A stretch of 64,000 bases of DNA, from positions 6,014,001 through 6,078,000 of the forward strand of contig CAKKNE010000002.1 in the NCBI GenBank assembly GCA_918797485.1, read 5' to 3'. Position numbers and translations under genes: made by a program. The stretch comes from Pelagomonas calceolata (taxonomy: Eukaryota). The notes under the pieces were generated by a model. That model saw nothing but the letters and a program-made list of their open reading frames with translations, was not told the DNA's origin and did no database searches. The number at the start of each line of letters is the position of its first letter. The first letter of the stretch is position 1. Below are positions 22,946 to 32,345 of this stretch, piece by piece.

Positions 22946-23893
22946 CTAGCGGACCTTCCGCTCGCGCGCGCGCGCGTCCGCCGCCGCGACGGCGCCCGCG
23001 CACGCGGCCGCCTGGAGGTACATCGACGGCGCGGCGCACGCGTGCATGAGGTCGATGCCGCAGCGCACGCCGCCCAGCAGCATGGACGGCGGCATGCTGA
23101 GCAGCGCGACGAACATGAAGAGGCCGCTCGTCTTGCCGTCCGCGGCCCGGCCCCGCTTCCCCGCGTCCGGCGACCGCGCGCCGTGCGCGTTCAGCAGCGT
23201 GAAGACGACGTTCGTGCCCACGCCGAAGAAGAGCATGAGCGTCCCGAGCGACTCGCAGCGCCAGTCCGGGAACGACGCCACGAGGTCCGTCGCGTCCCTA
23301 TATTTCGGGTCGAAGATCGCCTCGAAGGGCGTCGCGGCGTAGCCCCTTCCATCAAAAGTGAGGGTCAGCGGCACCGTCGCCTCCTTCACCCTATTCAGCG
23401 CGAGCGCCGAGGCCATCCAGGGCAGGTTGCTCATTCTTCGCACGAAGAACGCCGGCAACGTCAGCTCCAGCGTCTTGGGGAGGGGCAGGTAGTCCGACAG
23501 GTCCACCCGAAAGTAGGCGCACGGCAGATAGAGTAGCGGCGCCACCAAAAACCCGGCCACGCCGAGCACCGCGTGCCGCGCATCCTCGAGCTGGTCCAGG
23601 CAGCACACCATGCCATACAACGGCGGCGCGAAGCACCCGCACAGCATGTAGTAGGCCCAGAATTTGTCCGGCACGGCATAATTCGGTTCGACCAGATGCA
23701 TCAAACACCCGAACCCTTGAAAGCCGATCATGCAGAGGTAGTAGGCGAGCGTGAGACCTTGCAGGGCCCGCGCCCGGTCCCCCGTGACGCGGCCCCGGCG
23801 CACGAACCGGTACACGAAGCACCAGTGCATCGCGCAGAGCAGCGCGTCGCCGAGCGCGTTCGTGTAGCGCGCGTTTTCCGAGATGGCCAGCAT
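22946..23893 (-). CDS. Multi-pass membrane protein, unknown function
   Basis: Several hydrophobic helices and coding-like GC3 bias; start may lie upstream at 23962. Confidence 0.65.
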   Translation of the reverse strand: MLAISENARYTNALGDALLCAMHWCFVYRFVRRGRVTGDRARALQGLTLAYYLCMIGFQGFGCLMHLVEPNYAVPDKFWAYYMLCGCFAPPLYGMVCCLDQLEDARHAVLGVAGFLVAPLLYLPCAYFRVDLSDYLPLPKTLELTLPAFFVRRMSNLPWMASALALNRVKEATVPLTLTFDGRGYAATPFEAIFDPKYRDATDLVASFPDWRCESLGTLMLFFGVGTNVVFTLLNAHGARSPDAGKRGRAADGKTSGLFMFVALLSMPPSMLLGGVRCGIDLMHACAAPSMYLQAAACAGAVAAADARARERKVR

Positions 23894-24433
23894 TTTATGG
23901 CGTGCGCTGCGGCTCTGTGGCTGCGCGAGGCGCCACGGTATCGCGCACGCGTCGTCCGTCAAGTGTGTGCCACCACAGCAGGGAGAGCACTGCCAAAGTT
24001 GCAGCTCTGCCGTGCAACCGCAGGGTTTCTGCGGGGCTCAAGCGCTTTGGCGCGTTGAGAGCTATTGTGGAAACGCGCGCGAAGCGTTCTGCTGCCGCGT
24101 CGCGGACGCGCGTAGCAACAAAGCTGGTCTCTCAAGTTGTGGCAAGCCGAGGATCCGCGAGTCCCCAGGCACGAAGAAGGGTCGAGGCAGAGCTCGAGAA
24201 GTGCCCTCAAGATTGCTCCCGTTCCTCGCACCGGCTTTTGGCCGTAGGCATCTCCAAATTGCGAGAGGTCTAAAGCCGGCGAGGCGGCTGTACGCATCGT
24301 ACAAGCGCAGCGGTGCACAGGAGGCGAGGACTGGTCCGCGACAGTGCCCATTTCCACGCGTGTGCAACGAGACGCAGCGTTTTCCCGCAACTAATAGAGC
24401 TAGCAGCACCAACACACATAGTGGTGCGGCAGG

Positions 24434-26686
24434 ATGGTCGCGGACACCGTCCACACCACACCATTAACGATCAAGAGCCAGGCCGCCCGGCGCGGCCCGG
24501 CGCCGCTCGACCTGCTGGTCGCGCCCGGCGCGCCCGAGCACAAGACGCAGAAGATCGAGGTCGCCGCGGCGCTCGCGAATATAAAACTGCGGATCACGGC
24601 CGCCAAGGACGAAGCTGAGTTGACGAAGCTCTGCCCCCACGCCGCGACCGTCGTGCTGATGACGCGCAACGGCCCGGTCACGCGGAGTGACGCCGTCCTG
24701 AAATATGTGTCCGGCCTCAACCCGGCGACGGAGCTCTGCGGCGCGGACGGCTTCGGGCGGGGGCGCGTCGACCAGTGGCTGGAGTTCGGGACCCACGAGT
24801 TGGAAGTCGCCGTGGTCGCCGCGACGACGCACGCGAAGAATAAAGAGGTTGTGAACCGGGCGACGAAGGACGTTCAGCAAGCGTGCCGGACGCTCGACGC
24901 GGCTCTGCAAAAAACGACGTACCTCGCGGGCGACCGCGTGTCGGCGGCAGACTGCGCCGTGGTCTGCGTGCTCCGCGCGGCGCTCAAGAATCAGTTGATT
25001 GCGACGAGCAAACTGGGCCCCTCGTTGCTACGATGGTACCTCACGTGCCTCCACGCGCCGGCCTTTTCCAGTATTTTGGGCGCCGACGCTAAGAATGATG
25101 CGCTCAAGGCGCTGCCCGCCGGCAAGGCGCCCACTTCAAAAAAAACCGCGGCGGCCAAGGCCAAGGCATCACCAACGGCGAAGGCCGTCGCCGACCCGCG
25201 GACGCTCTTCACGCCGACCTTCGCGCGGAGCCGCGAGCGGCTCAAGGAGCTGCTGGGCCGCGGCGCGGCCGCCGTCGGCGCGACGGTCGTCGTCGCCGGC
25301 TGGGTGAGGACGTTACGCGAAGCCATGAAGGGCGCGACGTTATTTGTGGAGCTCAACGACGGGTCGTGCCTCGCCTCGATCCAGGTGGTCTGCGGGAGCG
25401 ACTCGACCGAGGGCTTCGCCGCGGCCAAGGCCTGCGGCGGCGCCGGCGCTTCATTAAGAGTCGAGGGCGCGGTCGTCGAGTCCCCGGGCAAGGGTCAAAC
25501 GATAGAGATCCTGGCCAAGGCCATCACGGTCCTGGGCTGCACGCGCGGCGGCCCGGGCCGGACCGTCGGCGCGCAGACCTACCCGCTCGCGAAGAAGTAC
25601 CACACGCTGGAGCACCTGCGGACGCACGCGCACCTGCGGCCGCGGTCGCGCGTCGGGAGCGCCGTGGTCCGCCTGCGCAACGCGCTCGCGTTCGCGACGC
25701 ACGAGTTTTTTCAACAAAGGGGGTTTTTGTACGTGCACACTCCATTAATAACGGCGGCGGACTGCGAGGGCGCGGGCGAGCAGTTCACGGTGACGACGTT
25801 GCTGCCGCCGGAGCACGACAAGGCGCCGAAATTACCTACCGTCGACGGTCGGGTCGACTACTCGAAGGACTTTTTCGGGCGGCAGGCGTCTCTAACTGTA
25901 TCAGGACAGCTGAATGTGGAGACGCACGCCGTGTCGCTCGCCGACTGCTACACGTTCGGGCCGACGTTCCGGGCCGAGAACTCGAATACCTCGAGGCATC
26001 TGGCGGAGTTCTGGATGATCGAGCCCGAGGTGTCGTTCGCGACGCTAGCGGATGATATCGCCTTGGCGGAGGACTACCTGAAGTACTGCGTCGCGGCGGC
26101 GCTGTGCCGATGTGCCGATGATCTGGAATTTTTCGAAGGAAGTAAAAACGAAGGCCTAAGGGACCGCCTGAAGGCCATCGTCGAGACGCCCTTCAAACGG
26201 TTGGAGTACACGGAGGCCATCTCCGTCTTGCAGAAGGAGATGAAGGCCGGCCGGGCGAAGTTCGAGAACACGGACGTGACGTGGGGTATTGATCTCGACA
26301 GCGAGCACGAGCGGTATTTGACGGAGAAGGTGTACAAGGGCCCGGTGGTCTTGATCAACTACCCGAAGGACATCAAGGCCTTCTACATGAAACTGAATGC
26401 CGACGGCAAAACCGTGGCTGCCATGGACATCCTGGTCCCGCGCATCGGCGAAATTATTGGCGGCTCCCAGCGCGAGGACTCGCTGGAAGTGCTCGAGGAG
26501 CGGGCGAAGTCGGTCGGATTGAACCCCGAGGACATCAAGTGGTACGGCGAGCTGCGGCAGTACGGCTCCGTGCCGCACGCGGGCTTTGGACTGGGCTTCG
26601 AGCGGTTGGTGATGCTCTGCTCGGGCGTCGAGAACATCCGCGACGTGATCCCCTTCCCGAGGACGCCGGGGAACTGTCGCTTTTAA
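24434..26686 (+). CDS. asnS: Asparagine--tRNA ligase with N-terminal GST-like domain
   Basis: GWVRT, ELNDGS, LTVSGQL, YTFGPTFRAENS..RHLAEFWMIEPE, EIIGGSQRE, PHAGFGLGFERL; N-terminal VDQWLEF...TYLAGDRVSAAD. Confidence 0.95.
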   Translation: MVADTVHTTPLTIKSQAARRGPAPLDLLVAPGAPEHKTQKIEVAAALANIKLRITAAKDEAELTKLCPHAATVVLMTRNGPVTRSDAVLKYVSGLNPATELCGADGFGRGRVDQWLEFGTHELEVAVVAATTHAKNKEVVNRATKDVQQACRTLDAALQKTTYLAGDRVSAADCAVVCVLRAALKNQLIATSKLGPSLLRWYLTCLHAPAFSSILGADAKNDALKALPAGKAPTSKKTAAAKAKASPTAKAVADPRTLFTPTFARSRERLKELLGRGAAAVGATVVVAGWVRTLREAMKGATLFVELNDGSCLASIQVVCGSDSTEGFAAAKACGGAGASLRVEGAVVESPGKGQTIEILAKAITVLGCTRGGPGRTVGAQTYPLAKKYHTLEHLRTHAHLRPRSRVGSAVVRLRNALAFATHEFFQQRGFLYVHTPLITAADCEGAGEQFTVTTLLPPEHDKAPKLPTVDGRVDYSKDFFGRQASLTVSGQLNVETHAVSLADCYTFGPTFRAENSNTSRHLAEFWMIEPEVSFATLADDIALAEDYLKYCVAAALCRCADDLEFFEGSKNEGLRDRLKAIVETPFKRLEYTEAISVLQKEMKAGRAKFENTDVTWGIDLDSEHERYLTEKVYKGPVVLINYPKDIKAFYMKLNADGKTVAAMDILVPRIGEIIGGSQREDSLEVLEERAKSVGLNPEDIKWYGELRQYGSVPHAGFGLGFERLVMLCSGVENIRDVIPFPRTPGNCRF

Positions 26687-26713
26687 TTGAGTAAGTGCGA
26701 GTTACATAGACCC

Positions 26714-28834
26714 CTAGAAGCCGCGTTTCGCGCGGAAAGCTTGGATGGCCTCCTCGCGTTCGGCGGCGACGTCGCGGCCGTGGCGCGCCTTGTGGACGCG
26801 GAGCAGGGACTTGTAGAACTGCTCGAGGTCTCCGACGTTGCACGAGTTGCCGACGAGGCGCCACATCGCGTCCTCCTCAAGGTCGCAGCCCTCGAACCAG
26901 TCGACCGGGAAGCCCATCAACAGCAAAGCCTCTTCGATCGCGAGCTCTTCCTCATCGCCCGTGGCGCGGCACCGCTTGACCGCGCCCGGCGGCCGCGCGG
27001 ACGCCTTGAGGCAGTCGATCTTCGATACGAGCGCGAAGTACTTTCCCTCGCCGTACAATTTGTCGAGCAACTCCTGGAACGTATCAAAGCATCGCGGCTT
27101 CTCCTGGACGGGCCGCATCGTCGATCGGATGGAGCGCGGGCGGCTGTTCGGGCCCGTACCGTCCGTGGTTCGGACGTGCGGCACGCGGAACAGCTTGTTG
27201 TATTTTTCGGTATCGTCTTCGTCCATGATCACGTTCTCCACCAAGTAATTCAAGTCCTCGTTTTCCTTCTCGGCATAAGACAGCATCGCCGCGGCGGAAA
27301 AGTACTGCTTCGCCCCCTTGGCATTAAAGCCCCCGCGGTTGGCGTTGACCAGGGAGAAATGAACGCAGGAGCACGTCGCCGAGGCCACGTCATACTTTTT
27401 ACCGGCCAGGTCCTCCGCTATCGCAAAGTCGACGTTGCCAGCGACTGCCAGGTTCCTCGACGGCGGGCGCTCGACGGCGGGCGGCGCGCTGATCGGTTGT
27501 CCCGTCTCGATGGCGATACCCTGCTTCTTGCAGAAGTTTTCTAACACCATGCGAGCCTCCGGGTCAATCTCCCAGTTCGTAACGGAGTTAATTTTAATGC
27601 CGACATTGTAAATGGCCACCACGCACGCGCCCATGCCCCCACAGAGCAGCAGGACGTCGATGCCGCGATCAGAATGGATCCTTTCCAACCGCTCGTCAAT
27701 AATCTTGAGGCGCTCGGAGGTCCACCGTTTTGGACACGCCGCGTGCGCCACACTCAGAAGCCTCTTCTCGTCCTTCAAATCGTCGCGCGAGGCATCGCTC
27801 GCGGCTGCGACAATCCCCTCGAACCGATTGTGCAAATCGGGACAAAGCAGGCTCTGGCGGCTATTGTCGTCCCACTGGTCCCGGAGCGAGCGTCTCTGCT
27901 TCGACCGCTTCGGCAGCGTCACTAGGCTGTCTTCCGCGGGGCGCTTCGCTAGCTGCCGCTCCGGCGATGTTGGCGCGGCCTCGTCGTCCGACGTGTCGGG
28001 CGGTGGTGTGAAGGCGTCATCGTCGCCGTCGTCGCGCGACGGAGATGGCGACGGCGAGACCGTCGGCTGCAGCTGCACCGGAGTGAGGTCCCCACCTTTG
28101 ACTTTGCACTTTTCACGCAGTGCGGCCCCATCGCCCTCGTCGATAATAATATCAAAAATGTTGGATATCTCGCCCTGGCACACAACCGCTTTGGGGTACT
28201 CCCCGTCTCTGGTTTTCCAGAAAACGACATCGCCATCCGCCAGTTCCCTAGACATTGAAATACGGCCCTTGTGCGAGATCACATAAGGAACGGATACCTC
28301 CCGCTCACAAATAGGCTTCATGAGGTCCTCGTAGGCCTCGTTCACTTTTCGTGTAGCCTCGTCAGTGCCGCCCTTGTCCCGATGTACGGACAACAGGAGC
28401 TCGTTGCGCGCCTCTTTCAGCTCTTTTTCCTTACTTCTTCGTAGTTCGATGTGGGGCCGCACGCCCAGGACCAAATAGGGAGTTGGCGCTGCCAGCACGC
28501 GCGCCACTTCGGCGTTCGTCTTCCGCGGGCGCGCGGGCGCCGCGCGTGCGGTCGCTGGGCGCCGCGGCGCCGGGGCACCCTCGCGGCCATCGCTGCGGCC
28601 GCCGCCGAGGCCGTCGCCGCGCGGCTTAAAGTTGGGGGGCGCCACTTCCATGACCTTCAGCAAATCGATGTGCGTCGTAAAGGTGCCGCCGCGCTCGTTT
28701 TTGATGAAGGCTTGCCCAATGCTCTCGTGCAGCTGCTGCACCACCCATAGTTGCTCGTTCGGGTGACCAATGCGCACAACCTTGGCACCTGGCTGCACCG
28801 CCGCGGCATCATCATTGCGGGGCCTCATCTCCAT
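26714..28834 (-). CDS. C5-cytosine DNA methyltransferase-like protein with an N-terminal J-like domain
   Basis: Ordered motifs LLCGGMG..WEID (I/II), ATCSCVHFS (IV), LVENV (VI), SRPR (VIII), EALLLMGFP (IX), LVGNS (X); upstream PYLVLGV...VHRDKGG..VNEAYEDL. Start uncertain (ORF open to 28990). Confidence 0.75.
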   Translation of the reverse strand: MEMRPRNDDAAAVQPGAKVVRIGHPNEQLWVVQQLHESIGQAFIKNERGGTFTTHIDLLKVMEVAPPNFKPRGDGLGGGRSDGREGAPAPRRPATARAAPARPRKTNAEVARVLAAPTPYLVLGVRPHIELRRSKEKELKEARNELLLSVHRDKGGTDEATRKVNEAYEDLMKPICEREVSVPYVISHKGRISMSRELADGDVVFWKTRDGEYPKAVVCQGEISNIFDIIIDEGDGAALREKCKVKGGDLTPVQLQPTVSPSPSPSRDDGDDDAFTPPPDTSDDEAAPTSPERQLAKRPAEDSLVTLPKRSKQRRSLRDQWDDNSRQSLLCPDLHNRFEGIVAAASDASRDDLKDEKRLLSVAHAACPKRWTSERLKIIDERLERIHSDRGIDVLLLCGGMGACVVAIYNVGIKINSVTNWEIDPEARMVLENFCKKQGIAIETGQPISAPPAVERPPSRNLAVAGNVDFAIAEDLAGKKYDVASATCSCVHFSLVNANRGGFNAKGAKQYFSAAAMLSYAEKENEDLNYLVENVIMDEDDTEKYNKLFRVPHVRTTDGTGPNSRPRSIRSTMRPVQEKPRCFDTFQELLDKLYGEGKYFALVSKIDCLKASARPPGAVKRCRATGDEEELAIEEALLLMGFPVDWFEGCDLEEDAMWRLVGNSCNVGDLEQFYKSLLRVHKARHGRDVAAEREEAIQAFRAKRGF

Positions 28835-29055
28835 GGTGCGACAGTTGTATCGGCAGCCCGGCGGCTTGCTTGTTTTGCAGCGCCGCGAGAGCCAGAGCGT
28901 TCGGCTTGCCAGTTCCGGCTCGTCCGCGAGCCTGGGGGAAGAGACCTCGGCCGCGCCACGGTACTTGTCCGCACGTCCTAGATGTACCAAAACGGAGCGG
29001 GGCCCAAGCTGGGGCGCGGCGTGGCCGCGGACGTGCCGACGACGGCGCGGAGTTG

Positions 29056-30348
29056 CTACAAATACTTAGTCGTCCGCGTCGCGAGCATGCTCGCCAGCAG
29101 CGGCCGCGAGATGGCCCCGGCCGTCTCGGGCCGCCGCGTGTCCCGAAGCGACGTCGACGCGGTCGGCGCCTTCCCCGTCGCGGGCCGCCGTCCGAGTGGC
29201 GGCTGCGGCTTCTTCATGATGGGACTCCGCCGCCGCGGCCCGGGCCGCCGCGCGGCCTCCAACAGATCAGGCGGCGGCGGGAACGTCAGCTCGCGCAGCT
29301 GCGCCACGACCTTCAGCTGGAGGCGGATCTCGTCGCCCACCTTCGGGCGCCTTGATCCGGGCGACGCCGCCGCGGACTGTGCGCGCGTGACAGACGACGC
29401 CGCCTTCGCCGTCCTCCCGACGGTCCGCGGCCGCGTCGTCGCCTTCAGCGCGTCGTCGAGCCGCGCCCTCAGCCCCCTATCAAAGGCGTCCAACAACGAG
29501 CGCAGCTCGGCCTGTTCCTGGAAGTCCTGGTTGTAGTCGGACCGGGCTTTGACCAGTTTCCGCTTCGCTCCCCTTATTTCGGCTTGGAGCGTCAATACTT
29601 CGGGAGATGGCACGGCCTCCTCTTCCGCGGCGGGCGCGGGCGCTTCGGCCGCCTCGAAGGTGTCCGCGTTCAGCTCGCGCAGGCGCTGCTGCAATTGGTC
29701 GCGTTTCTGTTTTTCGGCGACCAACTCCGCGATGAGCTCCTTGCGCGCCCTGCACGCCTTCGCGGCGCGCTCGCGCGCGACCTTATTTATGGAAGCCAGC
29801 TTCTCGGCCTGCTTCTTGTAGAGGTCGAGCGTGTCCCGCGACCAGGCCAGGTCCCGTTCGCCCTCCTCGCTCCGGTCGATCCAGCCGAGGCACCGCTCGT
29901 TCCGCGCCTTGCGCATCGCCTCGACCTCCTTGTAGGCGTGCTTGATGCGCGTCGCGAAGGACCGCTGCAGCGACTCCTCCTGGCCCTCGCACAACTCGTC
30001 GCAGCGCGCCTTCGACTCGACGACGGACTCCTGGACCTCGCCGTGCAGCTCGCCGAGCGTCGCGAGCCACCTCGGCACCTTCTCGGAACTTTCGCGCACG
30101 ATGGCCGCCGAGTCGTGCTCGCCCTTGCGCGCCCGTTCGGCGGCGCTCAACCGCGCGTCGCGCTTGTTTTGCTCGATGCGCAGCAGCGTCTCGGTCTCCT
30201 TGACCTCTCTTGCCAAGGCCTCGAGGCGCGCGTCGTAGGTCAGCGCTCTCCGCTTCAGGCCGCGGAGCTTGACGCGGTCGACGGGCGGCCGCTGCGACGC
30301 GAGCAGCGAGTCGGAGCTGCCCCGGCTGGCGCGACTGATGCGGCTCAT
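29056..30348 (-). CDS. Coiled-coil protein of unknown function
   Basis: 430-aa ORF with E/K/R/L heptads. Confidence 0.7.
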   Translation of the reverse strand: MSRISRASRGSSDSLLASQRPPVDRVKLRGLKRRALTYDARLEALAREVKETETLLRIEQNKRDARLSAAERARKGEHDSAAIVRESSEKVPRWLATLGELHGEVQESVVESKARCDELCEGQEESLQRSFATRIKHAYKEVEAMRKARNERCLGWIDRSEEGERDLAWSRDTLDLYKKQAEKLASINKVARERAAKACRARKELIAELVAEKQKRDQLQQRLRELNADTFEAAEAPAPAAEEEAVPSPEVLTLQAEIRGAKRKLVKARSDYNQDFQEQAELRSLLDAFDRGLRARLDDALKATTRPRTVGRTAKAASSVTRAQSAAASPGSRRPKVGDEIRLQLKVVAQLRELTFPPPPDLLEAARRPGPRRRSPIMKKPQPPLGRRPATGKAPTASTSLRDTRRPETAGAISRPLLASMLATRTTKYL

Positions 30349-30780
30349 CGTCTGTTCCTCGACGAGGCTGCCTTGCGTCTCCGCGCGCGGCGGTGGCGTC
30401 CCTGGGAGGCAGCTCTGCAGAGGTTGCTTGATGAGGGCTTCTTAGCTGCCCCAGCTGTCTTTTCTGTCGACGCGTGGCTCGACGAGTTCCTGCCTTCGCG
30501 CGTGCGGTCCTCCTCCCGCAAAAAGCGGCGGCTCCCGGAGCGCGTCCAGGCGGCGTTGTTGGAGATGAGCGCGGCGCTTCGCGGCGGCCGACGAAAGTCC
30601 GGACACTGGACGGAGTGATCGGACGATGTCCGGACGGATCAGACGCGGCCGCGGCACTCCCCTTAACGTGCGGGTCTGGCTCAGTGGCTCGGTCCATGCA
30701 CACAAAAAGCGGCCCCGGCTGGCAGTGGGAACCCGGTCCAAGCCCGTGGGAGGCGTCGACGCGACGCCATCGACGCAGCG

Positions 30781-31845
30781 ATGGCCGACGCGGCTGCCCC
30801 GCCCGAGACGAAGGCGGAGGAGAGCAAGGCCGATGGGGCCAAGGCAGCAGAGCCTGAGGCAAAAGAGGCGCCGCCGCCCGAGGGCGCCGTCGAGGATAAG
30901 CCCGCCGCGGACGCACCGGCGCCCGCGCCCGGCGAGGAGCCGGATGAGCTCGACGCGCGGACGGAGCGCAAGCTCCACCGCGCGGCCAAGGCCGTCTTCG
31001 GGAAGGGGCGGAAGATCAGGAAGAAGGTCAAGGTCGTGAAGAGCGTGCACTGGCGGGACAAGCGCCCCGTGAGCGTGGGGAACTGGGCCGTGCCCGAGCA
31101 CCTGTGGAAGGTGCAGGATATTGATGAATGGGACCGCGACGACCTCCAGGCGTACTTCGAGAAGTTCGTGCTGACGGACGGCACGATCACCGACGAGGAC
31201 CGGGATAAATTAAGGAACAAGATCAAGTTCCTCGCGAAGGCGTCGACGTCCGACTTCCACCGGCCGATGCGCGACTGCTGCGTCGAGCGGCGCGTGAACG
31301 AGGCCGCCGCGGACCTGGCCTGCCACCGGACGCAAAAGCTGGAAGACAAGTGCATCGTCAAGCGGTCGGAAGACCAGACCTTCTTCATCCCGCAGCTCAA
31401 CATCGAGGTGGCCATGAAGAAGCTCGCGATGATGGGCGACGGCAAGACGGAGCGCGAGAAGCTCCAGGCCGTCGAGGCGCGGCGCCGGGCCATGGGCTCG
31501 CGCGGCTCGCAGGGGGGCGCCGAGGAGGCCAAGGACGACGGCCTCATGTCGCCCATCTCCGAGGGCGGCCGGAGCGACGGCTCCGACCCGCAGTCGCCGA
31601 TCTCCGACGTGTCCGAGGGCGAGGAGGGCTCGCGGCCGGGGTCGCGCGCGCCCTCGCTCCGGTCCGAGGGGTCGCGGCCGGCGTCGCGCGCGCCGTCCGA
31701 GGGCTCGCGGCCGCGGTCGCGGGCGGAGTCGATCACGGACGAAATCCGCCAGGAGATCGCCAACAGCATCGACGACGAGTCCGTCGCGCCGGAGACGCCC
31801 GTCGGGAAGAGCAACATGGACAAGTTCGACGAGTACTTGAAGTAA
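30781..31845 (+). CDS. Hypothetical protein
   Basis: 354-aa ORF with strong GC3 bias and SEGSRP repeats. Confidence 0.7.
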   Translation: MADAAAPPETKAEESKADGAKAAEPEAKEAPPPEGAVEDKPAADAPAPAPGEEPDELDARTERKLHRAAKAVFGKGRKIRKKVKVVKSVHWRDKRPVSVGNWAVPEHLWKVQDIDEWDRDDLQAYFEKFVLTDGTITDEDRDKLRNKIKFLAKASTSDFHRPMRDCCVERRVNEAAADLACHRTQKLEDKCIVKRSEDQTFFIPQLNIEVAMKKLAMMGDGKTEREKLQAVEARRRAMGSRGSQGGAEEAKDDGLMSPISEGGRSDGSDPQSPISDVSEGEEGSRPGSRAPSLRSEGSRPASRAPSEGSRPRSRAESITDEIRQEIANSIDDESVAPETPVGKSNMDKFDEYLK

Positions 31846-31856
31846 TTATGTGTTTG

Positions 31857-31907
31857 TTAGACTTTGGCCTCGGCGATCGCCTTCACGATGTCGCTGATCT
31901 CCGGCTT
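31857..31907 (-). repeat. Duplicate of the last 51 nt of the TPI coding sequence
   Basis: Matches 32346-32396 at 49 of 51 positions, including the stop codon. Confidence 0.85.
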
Positions 31908-32345
31908 TTCTCGGACGTGTCCCGAGGCGTCCGGGCGGCGCCGCGGCGAGCTCCGACGAGTGAGGGGTTGAGCCAAGGGACGCGGCCTCACACATCGAGA
32001 TGTCGATGTGTGAGGCCGCGGTCCGGGCCGCGATTCCGCCATAGGACTACCGGCGGTCCTCTGGCGCGCTCTGGGGCGTCCGGGCGGTGCCCCGGACAGC
32101 TCCGACGAGCGATGTGTCCGGAGGACTGGAATTCTAGACTTTCCGAATTTTGCGGGTTTTTCCAGCGCAATTTTAAGTTTGGTTAGAGCGCGCGCGTGCC
32201 GTTCGCTGGGGAGCTAAGTCCGAGCTTAGTCCAGAGACTACACGTACAAAGTCGAGGCTGTCGAGCGGCAGCTGCGCGCGGAGGACCCCATACGTACGCC
32301 ATCGACGCGCCGTAGTAGTATTACTAAGTTGACGACCGAGCTTTA

